Part shown: positions 40,237 to 53,361 of the stretch, in pieces
Layout: each line of letters starts with the position of its first letter
Numbering within the stretch: the first letter of the stretch is position 1
Assembly (NCBI RefSeq): GCF_006345805.1
Contig: NC_042999.1
Coordinates: 159,836,001 to 159,900,000, forward strand
Direction of reading: 5' to 3'
Origin: Octopus sinensis
Taxonomy: Eukaryota
Length of the DNA: 64,000 nt
Translations under genes and position numbers: made by a program
The notes under the pieces: generated by a model
Told to the model about the DNA's origin: nothing
What the model saw: only the letters and a program-made list of their open reading frames with translations
The model's database searches: none

Positions 40237-42522
40237 CTAAAAGCAAGGAAAAAAAAAAAAAAGACATGTACAAAAGGAGATACCAGAAACCCTAGCCATT
40301 ATTTTACTAAGTCAAAAGAATGAAGAGTTTATGCGCCTGGTGTTTTTATTTTTTTTTTTTGGGGTGCTTTTTTTTTACCTATTTGTATTATATTTCTTTT
40401 AGTCATGCATTGTTGTGACGTCCCCCCATCACCACCACCAGGTGAGAAGTAGGCTGGTCCACTACTAATAAATAGTGGAGTGACACAGTCAGTAATGTCA
40501 GCCAGCAAGGTCCGCTGTTCGGGCCAGTCCCGCAGAGACTACGAAATATGTTGTCATAATGTGGGACATAATATACATGTACTTGTGCACAAATGTGCAA
40601 GTGGTCTTTTAGGAACAATTGTTTCAGAGCTAAATAGCTTTCTACAAGTACTGACTCAACAATAAAATAGAAATAAAATATGCTTCTGTCAGTTAAGCAA
40701 ACTGGTTCCAAGCAGAGATAAATGCCTTCACATGCACAATACAATGCTTGTAACAAGATGACCAACTGTGGAATTGGATTCGTAGATCCCCTTCCCAACC
40801 TAAAATGCAGTGATGGGTTGTTTAACTCAAAGAATTCAAGTATGCATCGAAGCAGTTGCACACAAATACAGATTTATAATCACATGTTTTCTATATTGAG
40901 TAGATTTTACAATCTCGACATTAGCACCTGTACCAAAGCATGCACTCAAAGTACTTCAGAGCAAAATGACCTTTGTGATGGCAACCATTTGGCAATTAGC
41001 CTTTTTACCAGTTAAGAAAATAAAAAACAAAAGAAGGAACTTTAACATATGTATTCATAAAAATGTATTACACTAATATTTTAAAAAAGTTTAAAAATTT
41101 CAAATGTATTATTCAATTGTTTATAAAAACATAATTTTCAAATATTCATGACCATTAATATTGATTTTCTTTTATATCAGAATGTTGTTACTGGTACAAA
41201 TGTAAATTTTGTGTTTATTCATTAAAGAGGGTTGCAAAATAATACAAATTATAAGTAGATACACACAGTTATAATTAAAAGTACCAACAACAAAAACATA
41301 CCAAAAAAATTGTTCACGCATGCATGGAGTTGAGGAAATAACAATTCTTAAACAATTTAAATTTCATATAATTATTTGTTAAATTGAATGTAACAGATCT
41401 GATTATTTCAGTTACATTTCATTTCAAGAGTGACTTTAATGTTAACACTCAACAGATTACTCAAGAAATTTATTCACACTCCTAAACTGATTAAACATCG
41501 TTAAAAACAATTAAACATCGAATAAACCAAACCTAATTAGTGGGATTTTTTTTTTATAAATTACAAAGCTGTGGCAAAATGTGTAAATCTGTAAATAATG
41601 GGTGGATTTTTTCTTTTTTGTGTGTGATTTGGGATTTTAATATTTAGGGGATAAGGAAGAAAGAGAATTATGCGGGGAAAAAAAGGATGCAATATTTTAC
41701 CAAAAAGAGGAAAAGTTAGAATTCTAAACTCAGGAATTATTAAATCAATGTTAACTGAATTCAATCACAGGAAAATTATGCATTTCTGACAAAATTAGCA
41801 AATGCTATTGACATAACAGATGCAGGAAAATTAAAATGTTAAAATAATAATAATAGCATAACACATTTTAATTACATGCAGAACATTTATTCAACAATAA
41901 CTCATGCAAATCTAATAAGGGGTTTGCATAAAAGAAATGCAGTGAGGCAAACATTTTTGAGATTTGAAGATTTTATGATTATTGAAGTGCATGTTGTACG
42001 AAAATGAGAACAAAACATTAGGATTATCCGTCTCGTGCTTCTAATGATTTACATCTCTCCTGAAATGATGTCTTTACAAGAAAATCCCATTAAATTTGAA
42101 TTTCTCTTCAGACAATAGCAATAACTGAAGATTGAATTTGGTGTAGAAATTAGATGAATGAAACACACTCCATGTGTAATTTCTTCTATTTCAATACTTT
42201 GGATAATATTCTAACACTGTCACAGCTTTCGCATCTCTTTGCAGACTAAACTGTAGAATTTTTCACACAGATGTTTAACAACTGCATAGACAATATCAAG
42301 ATCCTTTACTTAAAATTTAATAAGTTGCAAGACTATACAAAATAGTGTGAAACAAAAAATAAGCGCCAACAAAAAAAAAACCTTAACTTTACAAGTGACC
42401 AACAGAATCAGTTGCTGACCAAGACCTGCACTAGAGCACTGCTTACATGTATGGCAGTGTTGCTACTGCATACACAAGTAACAAAATCCACATACAAATG
42501 AAGGCCACTATATTGATTTATG

Positions 42523-42823
42523 TGGAGGCGCAATGGCCTAGTGGTTAGGGCAGCGGACTCGCAGTCGGAGGATCGCGGTTTCGATTCCCAGACCGAGCGT
42601 TGTGTGTGTTTATTGAGCGAAAACACCTAGAAGCCCCACGAGGCTCCGGCAGGGGGTGGTGATCCCTGCTGTACTCTTTCACCACTCTTTCTCTCACTCT
42701 TTCTTCTGTTGGCCTGCTCGCTTAGCCAGCGAGGTGGCGTCCTTCGAAGGCTAAAACGATGCGAACGCATTGTGACCAGCGATGTGTAACAACATCTGAT
42801 GGTCTGGTCGGTCACGTGACGTG
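42523..42823 (+). mobile_element. tRNA-headed SINE, head C + tail X
   Basis: A-box/B-box-like tggcctagtgg and ggtttcgattcc; 13-bp TSD atattgatttatg at 42510-42522 and 42824-42836. Confidence 0.88.
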
Positions 42824-43544
42824 ATATTGATTTATGAGTTATTCACCAACACACTGTAAGTACTAGCTTGCTTATGTCCCGTTTTCGCTCTCTACCTCCC
42901 CTACAATAAGAACTATCTGCTCTTCTGATCTGACAAGCCCCACACCATTTCCATTCAGGCCCACAAAATCCACACATCTGTCTTCCTCCCATGATTCTCA
43001 TGGTGCCTCACTCTGCAGACCTCAAACTAAATAGTTTCCAGTCCTTTTTCTCACAACTGCAATTCCCTCCACATCTAAACTTTGCCTGCACACACTAACT
43101 TTCAAATGTTCAAGCTAAACATCAATTGCATCAAACACACCAGTCTTAGAAAGTCCACAAAGGTCACAAACACTGTTCCGCTTCTAATTCATTAAAAAAG
43201 CAACCCAACAGCAGATTAAGTCAAAAATCAAGACAGGCAAACTATAGTCAAAGACTACACCAGAGAGAATATACTCCAAGGAAGTGTTTTGCACACTAAA
43301 TGCAAATAGAATAAGGTTTCACATATGTAATTATAGTAAGTTGGAAATCAATCAACTGAGATTATCAAATTGAATTATTAGAGAAAAGAAGCTCATCTTC
43401 TAAAAGTGTATCACCTCTAAAACTAACAAAAAACAGCAGTAAGATTAGTCTCTCAAACTGACTGATGCGAACAACAGATCTTAAAAGGAGATCAAAACAT
43501 GACTTCCTACTACTAACAAGAACAAAATATTTCCATTACAATCC

Positions 43545-43768
43545 ATTTGTGGCCGTTTGCCAGCTCCGTCTGGCACCTGTGCGGGTGGCACGTAAAAAGC
43601 ACCCACTACACTCACGGAGTGGTTGGCGTTAGGAAGGGCATCCAGCCGTAGAAACACTGCCAGATCTGACTGGGCCTGATGAAGCCTTCTGGCTTCACAG
43701 ACCCCCGTTGAACCGTCCAACCCATGCTAGCATGGAAAGCGGATGCTAAATGATGATGATGATGATGA
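43545..43768 (+). mobile_element. RTE LINE 3'-end fragment
   Basis: 3' UTR core, one repeat unit and (GAT)n tail. Confidence 0.88.
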
Positions 43769-44320
43769 ATTACAGTTTAGCTTTCAAGATGGGATCTATT
43801 CCAATCTGCATTGTCTGTCCTATCGAAAAATTCTAATCAGTTGATATTGTTTGGCTATACCTCCTTTGCTTGTTGCTTAGAGAGGTTTTGTCTTTTTTTC
43901 CCTTCAGCTGTTTCAATAATGACAGTTGATCAAAGTTATTCAACTAATTTACATAAGTGAGACCCTATCACATCTGTGGGTAGTTGAACAACATAACTAT
44001 AGTCAGACAACATAAGTGTAAACAGTGTATATAAGAGTAGTTAAACAATTTATAATCCTTTACTGTTTTACAAGCAAGGATAGAATGCTGTCATTCCCCT
44101 CCCATTTTTCTTTACTCCTACTTTTTTAAACCACTGTATGTCCTTGTTACTTATTACTAAGTATTCAAATTGAATCAGATAACTCAAACAAAATAGAGCA
44201 AGCAGAGAAATGCATTTTGCCCAGGAGTAAAATATATGGCTAAAGGAAGGCTTGAACCTTTTTACTTAAAATCAATAGATCAATAATTCATTATAATAAT
44301 GAACTATTTATTTTAAGCTT

Positions 44321-44665
44321 CGGAGACCCCCTTCGGTCACGACACAGACCATGGGATTGCACCTAGAAAGTTACCCTCCTAGACACAAGTCCGGGCGAGG
44401 TTGTTTATGGAAGACCAGCAGTCGCCCATGCATACCAGCCTCCCCTCTCCACGCCACCAGTGTTATCCAAGGGAAAGACAAAGGTCGATTCAGCTTGGCA
44501 CCAGTGATGTCGCAACTCATTTCTACAGCTGAGTGAACTGAAATAAAGCAACATGAAATAAAGTGCCTTGCTCAAGAACACAACACACAGCCCGGTCCGG
44601 GATTCAAGCTCACAACCTCACGATCGTAAGCTCGACGCTCTAACCACAGAGCCATGCGCCTTCAC
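44321..44665 (-). mobile_element. tRNA-headed SINE, head D-like + tail Z
   Basis: Head and ttgagcaag(g/a)cactttatttcatgttgct core shared with 28514; 3' half differs. A fragment of tail Z also occurs at ~16730-16785. Confidence 0.83.
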
Positions 44666-45840
44666 AATTGTAAGCTTACAGTGAAATAAATAAGAATAAA
44701 TGTAAAATTTCCAAACAATTAATTTCATCTTTCATGTTACTTTGTTCCACACAAAGATTTGATCTCCTTCGTCTCTATTCCAACATATATACATATTATT
44801 AAATCAGGTTTCAACTTGTCACTTTTACTTCTAACAATGCACCTAGTCTCCAATAGTAGCTGTAAAAATGGTGAACCTAATATCAGTACACGAAGAGACA
44901 GAAAAATCCATAGATGCTGACTAAAAGAACTAAATATCTTTTCAGCAGAATTAGTTTTGGTGGTGATAGTTATCCAAGTGAAAAGTGTTTTTTTAAACCA
45001 ATCTTCTCAGCCTTACAGAATAAACAGATTCATTGCCAAAAATAAATGGAAATAAAATAACAGCATAATAAAAATTAACATTGAGAAGAAGAAGAAGAAA
45101 AAAAAAACAGAAATAAGAGAAAACCAAACAAATGTGCAAGCTTTCGACAGTAAACGAAACATCAAAGTGCATTCCTGGCAGTCACAAAAAGAGTTTATGC
45201 AAAAAAGCAAACTGGACAACAAAAAGAAAAGTTTATAAAATTAGTGAAGGTAATATAATATTCATGGAACTGTAGGAGAAACAGTAGAGTAAAAAGAGCT
45301 GGTGATGTTACAGAGGTGGTGGAGTTGATGATGATGATGATGATGATGACGATGTGGTTGATAGAGGGTTTAGCTACAGGTTAGCTCTGAACAAACCAAT
45401 AATCAAAGGTATACCAGCCTTCACTACCCTGCATCCCTTTTTTTCAGAATGGCAAAGGTGTGATCTGACAGAAATACGGCTGCTATTTCTAGCAAATCGA
45501 ACAACTGCATAGAGGTTTCTCACAGTGATGGTAATGATAGCAGTGATGGTGGTGGTGGTGGTGGTGGTGTCAGCAGTGGACCAACAATGGCATTGATAGT
45601 GGTGATAATAATAGGAGTGTTATGATTGTAATATGTGGAAACAACGATAATGGTGTGGCAGGTGATGCCTTCCGAACAAAGGATTTGGCAACTGTAAATT
45701 CCAGGCTGATCAGCAAGAGGATTTGGCTACTGTCATTCCTATACTAATCACTAATTATCAGTTAATTTAAAGCTGAGTCTTTCAGACAGATGGTTTACCT
45801 TTTAGCATACTCAGTCAAATGTGATGCTTATTCACACATG

Positions 45841-46228
45841 TGGAGGCGCAATGGCCCAGTGGTTAGGGCAGCGGACTCACAGTCGTAGGATCGCGGTTTC
45901 GATTCCCAGACTGGGTGTTGTGAGTGTTTATTGAGCGAAAACACCTAAAGCTCCACGAGGCTCCGGCAGGGTATGGTGGTGATCCCTGCTGTACTCTTTC
46001 ACCACTCTTTCTCTCACTCTTACTTCCTGTTTCTGTTGTACCTGTATTTCAAAGGGCCGGCCTTGTCACTCTCTGTGTCACGCTGAATACCCCCGAGAAC
46101 TACGTTAAGGGTACACGTGTCTGTGGAGTGCTCAGCCACTTACACGTTAATTTCACGAGCAGGCTGTTCCATTAATCGGATCAACCGGAACCCTCATCGC
46201 CGTAACCGACAGAGTGCTTCCATCCCCA
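45841..46228 (+). mobile_element. tRNA-headed SINE, head C + tail Y
   Basis: First ~190 bp shared with 42523; 3' ~200 bp shared with the SINE at 28514-28831. Confidence 0.85.
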
Positions 46229-46535
46229 TTATTCACATTGTTTTGAATTAATCATGTATTATCATACAACTTCAAACTTTCAATGATACAATTCATTATT
46301 TCTAAAATGACATTGTAGGATAGGTGTGAGAGGCTGGATCTGGTTGGTGTAAATGCTAAAGTGTTAACATGCTAGTAATAAAGCATAATCAAATAAAGAC
46401 TTTTCAACTCAGAATCCAACCAACAGTATATATACTCTCGGCAATGCTGAGATAACAGTAAGAGTGGAGTTAGTACGGTGATGACATGATGTTGCCAATA
46501 GGATGTAATGAATCGGGTAAGGGTTAAGGCAATAA

Positions 46536-46764
46536 TTAACCCTTTTGTTACTAACCCGGCTGAAACCGGCTCTGGCTCTGTAGTACAAACGTCTTGTTTT
46601 CATAAGTTTTGAATTAAAATCTTCCACCAAGCCTTAGTCACAATTTATGTTCCTAACACTAGCTTAATGATAACTAAGTTAATTTACTAAATTCTTTGTT
46701 GTATTTAAAGTAATTGAAAGAAACACAGAACATCTCAAAAGAAATACAGTAACAAAAGGGTTAA
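46536..46764. mobile_element. piggyBac-like MITE (family 1)
   Basis: TTAA-CCCTTTTGTTACT ... AGTAACAAAAGGG-TTAA: perfect 13-bp TIR with TTAA flanks. Confidence 0.85.
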
Positions 46765-48065
46765 AGAGGCCCACACAAGTGGTACTGGAGAAATATTGAC
46801 ATAAATGATATACAAATAAATACTGAAAGAATATAAGTCAATGATATTGCCATAAGTTATGAATTAACACTAAAATGTTAGCATTAAGTTGTTGGGTTTT
46901 ATAGAAGAGACTTGCATAATCTATCAAATCTGTTCATTGATCTTATCCATCATCATTATCATTGTACTATCGTTTTACCTCTACCTTCTCTGCTGGCATG
47001 GGGGAGACACACACATATACATACATATATACATACAGACATTTACATGAAGATGTAAAGCAATATTTGAGAGAGACAGACAAGCAGACAAAAGGAAGAA
47101 ATGGAACAAAGAGTGAACTGGAAGTTTTGATCACTGAAAGATTATTGTTCTTGTTGTTATTCAGCACTAAGTCAGCTATGTTCAAGCTGAGCAATGATAA
47201 AAAGTAATCCAGTTGTCATCATCCTATCCCTCTCCAATAAGCAGAGAATGCTGGACATTATCCAACATGCCCTTTTGTGAGATGATAGGGTGTGAATTAA
47301 GGAAAATTTGACTGCTGTTTCTAATAAATCAAGCAACTGTTTACACACTCACTCATATAGTGTGTGTGTGTGTGTGTGTGTGTGTGCATGCAGTCGTGCA
47401 TGTGTGTAGTGACAACGGGGAATATTATAAGCCACCTCTTTGCAAAATTGGCTTTTAAGCAAATGGAGATCTATATAGTGAACTACAGATATGAAACAGA
47501 AGAAAGAACATACACAAAAGTGATTAAGAACTTTATACATTTAGTGAAGTAAGTACAGAGCCAGTTGTATTAAGTTAAAAGAAAGGCATGGAGGTAGAGA
47601 GAGAGAGAAAGAGATCTTGTCAAATTGGATGTGATGATAAAGGAACATGATGCTGAGAAAAATATATCTGTAGGTAAGAATTTATAACAAGAAAGAGCCC
47701 AAAGTGCTAGTCCTGATTGATTAAACAATGACATATTTGAACTGTTCAACAATATATAAATACAAGAGATGCAGGTTTAATTAATGATAAAATGGTAATG
47801 ATTATATTTTTATTTCATGAAGTAAAAGATTTATTTATTTATAAGGAAAGCAGTTTGGATTTTCATGCATATAATATTTTCCAGCAGGTTTCCTACAGAA
47901 GTTCTGTCTTGCTTCCTCTCTAAGTCAAAAAAACAAAATCCAGAATTGATTTTATTGACAATACTGGAATGTGAACTCAGAGTTATAGTATAATGCATGA
48001 AATCCAGCAACTTAGTATCTGGACAATCTTCAATACCCTGTAGATATCATATATATATATATATA

Positions 48066-48284
48066 TTTCTTTACTACCCACAAAGGGCTAAACATAGAGG
48101 GGACAAATTAGGGACTAAGTCGATTACATCGACCCCAGTGCGAAACTGGTACTTTATTTATCGACCCCGAAAGGATGAAAGACAAAGTCGACCTCGGCAG
48201 AATTTGAACTCACAACGTAACGACAGACGAAATACCGCTAAGCATTTCGCCCGGCGCGCTAACGTTTCTGCCAGCTTGCCGCCT
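48066..48284 (-). mobile_element. SINE family A
   Basis: Full-length reverse-complement match to the other family A copies. Confidence 0.88.
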
Positions 48285-48927
48285 TTTTATATCATATATA
48301 TCATATATATATATTAAAAAGAATCTTTTTTTTTATATCTCAGCAATGCCAGTTACTATTTAGATGAACATCACAGTTCTCTGACAGAAAAGTCTATCAG
48401 TATTTGAACTCACAAAATTGAGGCACTGAATTAGATAGAATAAATTATATGTGAATCACTTTAGTTATAGAAACTTCTATTAATATATAATTTCCACTAG
48501 AAAACAAAAATAAAAATAAAACAATTTACCATTTTAGGTGAAGAAATAGAGTCATTATCCCTTCAATTATATCTCAAGGATAGAAATGAAATACAAGGGA
48601 AGGATATTAACTGATCAGGAGTATATCAAATGGAAAAATATATTGAATTTATTCAGCTTTGATGGGAAAATGGTATGTAAGAAAGAATGAGGAAAGATTG
48701 AAGTGCAAATACATCAAATGAAAATATAGAATTTATGAATGTTAATGAATATACGATACTTATTTGTGTAGTAACTTGAATAAAATGATGCTAAAGGAAA
48801 CAGAAGTGTCATGGCTACAAAAAAATACAAAAAATACAACAAACAATCATGCAACTCACAAAAACATTATTTTTTAGCACTTAGCATAAGGTTAAGAAAG
48901 AAAAATTAATTCTGATGATAGATGTCT

Positions 48928-48999
48928 GTTGCTGCTTCTGATGATAATGATGATGATGATGGTGATGAAGATGAAGATGATGATGAAGATGATGATGAA

Positions 49000-49071
<72 letters not shown>

Positions 49072-49090
49072 AAAGTGGTGGTGATGCAGT
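48928..49090. repeat. (GAT)n/(GAA) trinucleotide microsatellite
   Basis: Directly visible; it gives spurious poly-Asp and poly-His ORFs. Confidence 0.95.
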
Positions 49091-50376
49091 TGATAGAGAT
49101 AAAATGATCAAGAAGTAAATATTACAAATGAAACATATTCCATAAAAATATAGATATAGAAAAATAAAAATGCTTAGAAATACATGAAACCAGTTTACAA
49201 TCTAAAGCATCTATAACTGAGTGCAACTTGAAATATAAGATAAAAAAAAAGAAAAACTTAAAACTGACAAACAAACAGAACAACAGACATAGGAAATAAC
49301 AAAAAAAACTGATAAAAGCCAAGGAACAGGGAACAGTGCAAGAATGCAATGCAAAATAGTGGGAGGAAGGTTACAAAGGAAACAGTAGAAATAACAACAT
49401 CAACAAAGAAAAGGTCCACAATGGGGGGAAGATGACCACCTTGGGCAAAGCAAGGAATGCTCACAGGTCTAAGATTGTTCTGGCTCCTAATTATATTCCT
49501 CTTCCTACAGACATATGGTGAGAATAAACTTATTAGCAGTGTTTGTACACTGCTAATAAGTTGATGGTTTCATTACAATTACATGAATCTCAGATCAGCT
49601 CTGCTGTATCTGAACTTTATCTCGAACTGTAAATGCTTCCATCTCAGTAGCATTGTAAGGCCAGGAATTACTGGGTGTTATCCATAGTCTCCTGGCTGAA
49701 AGAGACACCAGGAACAAACCAACCAGTAGATTAACAGTGATGCTAAGTTTCCCCAAGAAAATCATTGCTCTAACAGTCTTCTAGAGAAAGCTAATGTAGC
49801 AGTTCCACCAGTCATATTGTCTTACAGGACTACAAGTACCTGATAGCATTTCAGACATCATACGCCAAGCTGAGGTTTAGAAGTACTCAGTTTACATCAA
49901 CCCCAGTATTTGACTCACTACTTTTATTTTATCAATACCAAAAGCATGAATGGCAAAAGTGACCTCAACAATATTTGAACTCAGGACATAAAGGGCCAGA
50001 AGAAATGCTGCGAAGCATTTTGTCCAATGCATTAATGATTCTGACAGTTTACCATTTTTGCTTCAAATTTTGGCATGACACCATTTTTTAAGGGGACGTA
50101 GTTATTCAGTTACACCAACCCCAGTATTTGACTGGTACTTTATTTTATTGACCCTAGTGAGATAAAATTCAAAACTGACATTGGCAAGTTTTGAACTTGC
50201 AAGATAAAGCCAAAAGGGACACTGCAAAGCAATTTTTCTGATTCTCTAACAATTCTACCAGCTTGCCACCTAATAATAATATTGGTTCCAAATTTTGGCA
50301 CAAGGCTGACAATTTCAAGGGAGTGGATAAGTTAATCAGACTGACTTCAGTGCTCAAATGGTATTTATTTTATCAA

Positions 50377-50606
50377 GGCGGCGAGCTGGCAGAAACGTTA
50401 GCACGCCGGGCGAAATGCTTAGCGGTATTTCGTTTGCGTTACGTTGAGAGTTCAATTTTTGCTGAGGTCGACTTTGCCTTTCATCCTTTCGGGGTCGATA
50501 AATTAAGTACCAGTTACGCAGTGGGGTCGATGTAATCGACTTAATACCTATGTCTGTCCTTGTTTGTCCCCTCTGTGTTTAGCCCCTTGTGGGTAATAAA
50601 GAAATA
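50377..50606 (+). mobile_element. SINE family A with 17-bp TSD, nested in an older opposite-strand SINE
   Basis: TSD ggtatttattttatcaa at 50360-50376 and 50607-50623. Confidence 0.92.
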
Positions 50607-51100
50607 GGTATTTATTTTATCAATCCCAAAAGGATGGAAGGCAAAGTTGGCCTCAGCAAAAATTGAACTCAGAACACAAAGACAGGAGAAATGCCACTAA
50701 GCATTTTGCCCAGCATGCTAATGCTTCTGCCATCTTGCTGCCTTAATAATAATAAACCTTTGTACTAAAGGCACAAGGCCTGAAATTTTTTGGGGGGGAG
50801 CAGTCAATTACGCTGACCCCAGTATTTCACAGGCACTTAATTTATTGAACCCAAAAGAATGAAGGACAAAGTTTACCTCGGTTCTACTAAAGGCACGAGG
50901 CCTGAAATTTGGTGGGGAGAGGACTAGTTGATAAGAACAGCCTGTATTTCACTGGTACTTAATTTATTCATCCCCAAAAAGATGAAAGACAAAAACCAAT
51001 CTCAGTGGAATTTGAATGAAGAATGTAGCAGCAGACAAAATGCAGGTAAGCATTTTGTCCAGCATGCTAATGACTCTGCCAGCTCAATACCTTAATGATG

Positions 51101-51146
<46 letters not shown>

Positions 51147-51147
<1 letters not shown>

Positions 51148-52072
51148 TCATGGCTTCTGATCTTAACTGATTGGAAGTGTCATCATGTACATTGTCTTGG
51201 TATAAAAGATGGGCTACAGCAAATATTCTGCTCAATACCACAGATTTGCTTGTCAGTTGTTTGACCTTAACCAGTTGAGCATGTCCCTTAGTGGCTGACG
51301 ATATATGCATCTCTGCTCACAAACGGAAGTAGTGAGGGAGCATCATAGCCATGTGTTGAGAGGGATTCTTTGGGGTTTGAATAATTCACTTCTGGAAACA
51401 TGGGTGTTTCATCCTTAAACAATCCTTATTCAGGGACCTTTTGAGCAGAATGGGTTACTCGACCAGAAGAAAATTCTAACTGGGCCCCACCTGCAAAGTC
51501 ATGTGCTGCTAATCTTGATATGAGATCACCATGTCGCGCACATATGGTTGTGATGCATGTGCGTAGTGTACCCTTATCAGACGGGTAGTCATGATGGGTA
51601 TACTGGGCTTCGTATATTTGTACCCTAGTGTCACTTTGATGGCATGCACTGCTCTCTCACTCAATAATAATAATAATAATAATAGTGAGGGAGCATCATA
51701 GCCGTGTGTTGAAACGAACTCTTGAGGGTTTGAATAATTTCCTTCTGGAAACATGGGTGGTTCGTTCAACATCCTTAAACAATCCTTATTCAGGGACCTT
51801 TTGAGCGGAATGGGCTACTCGACCAGAAGAAAATTCTAACTGGGCCCCACCTGCGAAGTCATGTGCTGCTAATCTTGATATGAGATCACCAGGTCGCGCA
51901 CATATGGTTGTGATGCATGTGCCTGGTGTACCCTTATCAGACGGGGAGTCATGATGGATATACTGGGCTTCATATATTTGTACCCCAGTGTCACTTTGAT
52001 GGCATGCACTGCTCTCTCACTCAATAATAATAATAATAATAATAATAATGATAATAGTAATAATAATAATAG
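51147..52072 (+). mobile_element. Tandem pair of an (AAT)n-tailed retro-like repeat (long copy 51147-51681, 5'-truncated copy 51682-52072)
   Basis: A ~350-bp segment tagtgagggagcatcatagcc...gctctctcactc(aat)n occurs twice with scattered substitutions. Confidence 0.8.
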
Positions 52073-52816
52073 TGTTGCTTTGGACGCAAGTGGAAGCTTC
52101 GAGACAAGGGGTTTAGTCAATGCCATCTACTGATTCTTCATTTCATCAACCCTGGAGGGATGAAAAGCAAAGTTAACCTCAGTGAGATTTGGATTTGGAA
52201 CATAATGAACAAAAAAAGACAAGGCATAAATAAATTCTGTTGGATGCATTTGCATACAATTGATAAATGACATTAAACCTTTTGGAAATATATATGTTAC
52301 TTCACAACAATGTGTTTTTAGGCTGGTAACACATTTCCAAACAGCAGGTCTTCATTTATGTCAAATCAGCAAGTTACTATTAATTCAGAATCCTGATTGC
52401 TGCAATGCATCAGAACCCACTTAAAACATCCATAAAATCTTTTAAGCATCATGCTGCAAATCACATTTTTGCTCACATGCAAAAGAAATATTTTTAACAT
52501 ACTAAAATCATATGTTGTTGATAAAAGGAATTTTCCCTTTTGTAGTTTTTTTTTTTTTTTTTTTGTAACACAAGACTGGGATATTTATCTTATTGCTTTA
52601 CCATCAAACAATACCTCATAGAAGGGAATTCTGCAGCATCCTATTTAAGTTACGCTTCATTAACAAAAATCAATTGCATTAGAGCAAACTTTTTCTAACA
52701 AAAAATCAAACTTTAATATAATGAAGTCTGACATTTAAAATCTGTGACTATTTTCTCTTTGTATGCACAACATTGGAAGGAATTTGATCTTGACCATTTA
52801 GTATTTAAACCAGCCA

Positions 52817-53120
52817 TCATCATCATCATCATTTAGCGTCCGCTTTCCATGCCAGCATGGGTTGGACAGTTCAACTGGGGTCTGGGAAGCCAGAAGGCTT
52901 CATCAGGCCCAGTCTGATCTGGCAGTGTTTCTACAGCTGGATGCCCTTCCTAGCGCCAACCACTCCGTGAGTGTAGTGGGTGCTTTTTACGTGCCACCCG
53001 CACAGGTGCCAGACGGAGCTGGCAAACAGCCATGGACGGATGGTGCTTTTTACGTGCCACCGGCACGGGGGCCAGGCGAGGCTGGCAACGGCCACGATCG
53101 GATGGTGCTTTTTACGTGCC
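52817..53120 (-). mobile_element. RTE LINE 3'-end fragment inserted in a piggyBac-like MITE
   Basis: MITE family 2 sequence on both sides; agccat present at both junctions. Confidence 0.82.
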
Positions 53121-53361
53121 AAAGCCATATTTGGTCAAAATGTTCTACCTGTTTTATGTTCAAACAAGCCAGATCCAGCCTCACGCACCTACCCTACAAT
53201 GTCATTCTAAAAATAATCACGTCATCGAAATCTCAGAGCTATGAGATTAATTCACAACAATGTGAATGAGCATTGCATTCGCCAGAGTAGTGTGAATGCC
53301 AAAACTGTTCAATTTAAAGAGAAAAAAAAAAACAGGATAAAACTTATTCTAGAATTGATAA

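Noticed and set aside
42523-42600. tRNA-like sequences at SINE heads (also 28760-28831, 44590-44660, 45841, 11808, 50377)
   Set aside because: They continue into SINE bodies with TSDs and are multi-copy, so they are not standalone tRNA genes.
48881-49111. Poly-Asp and poly-His ORFs
   Set aside because: (GAT)n microsatellite without supporting splice structure or non-repetitive coding context.
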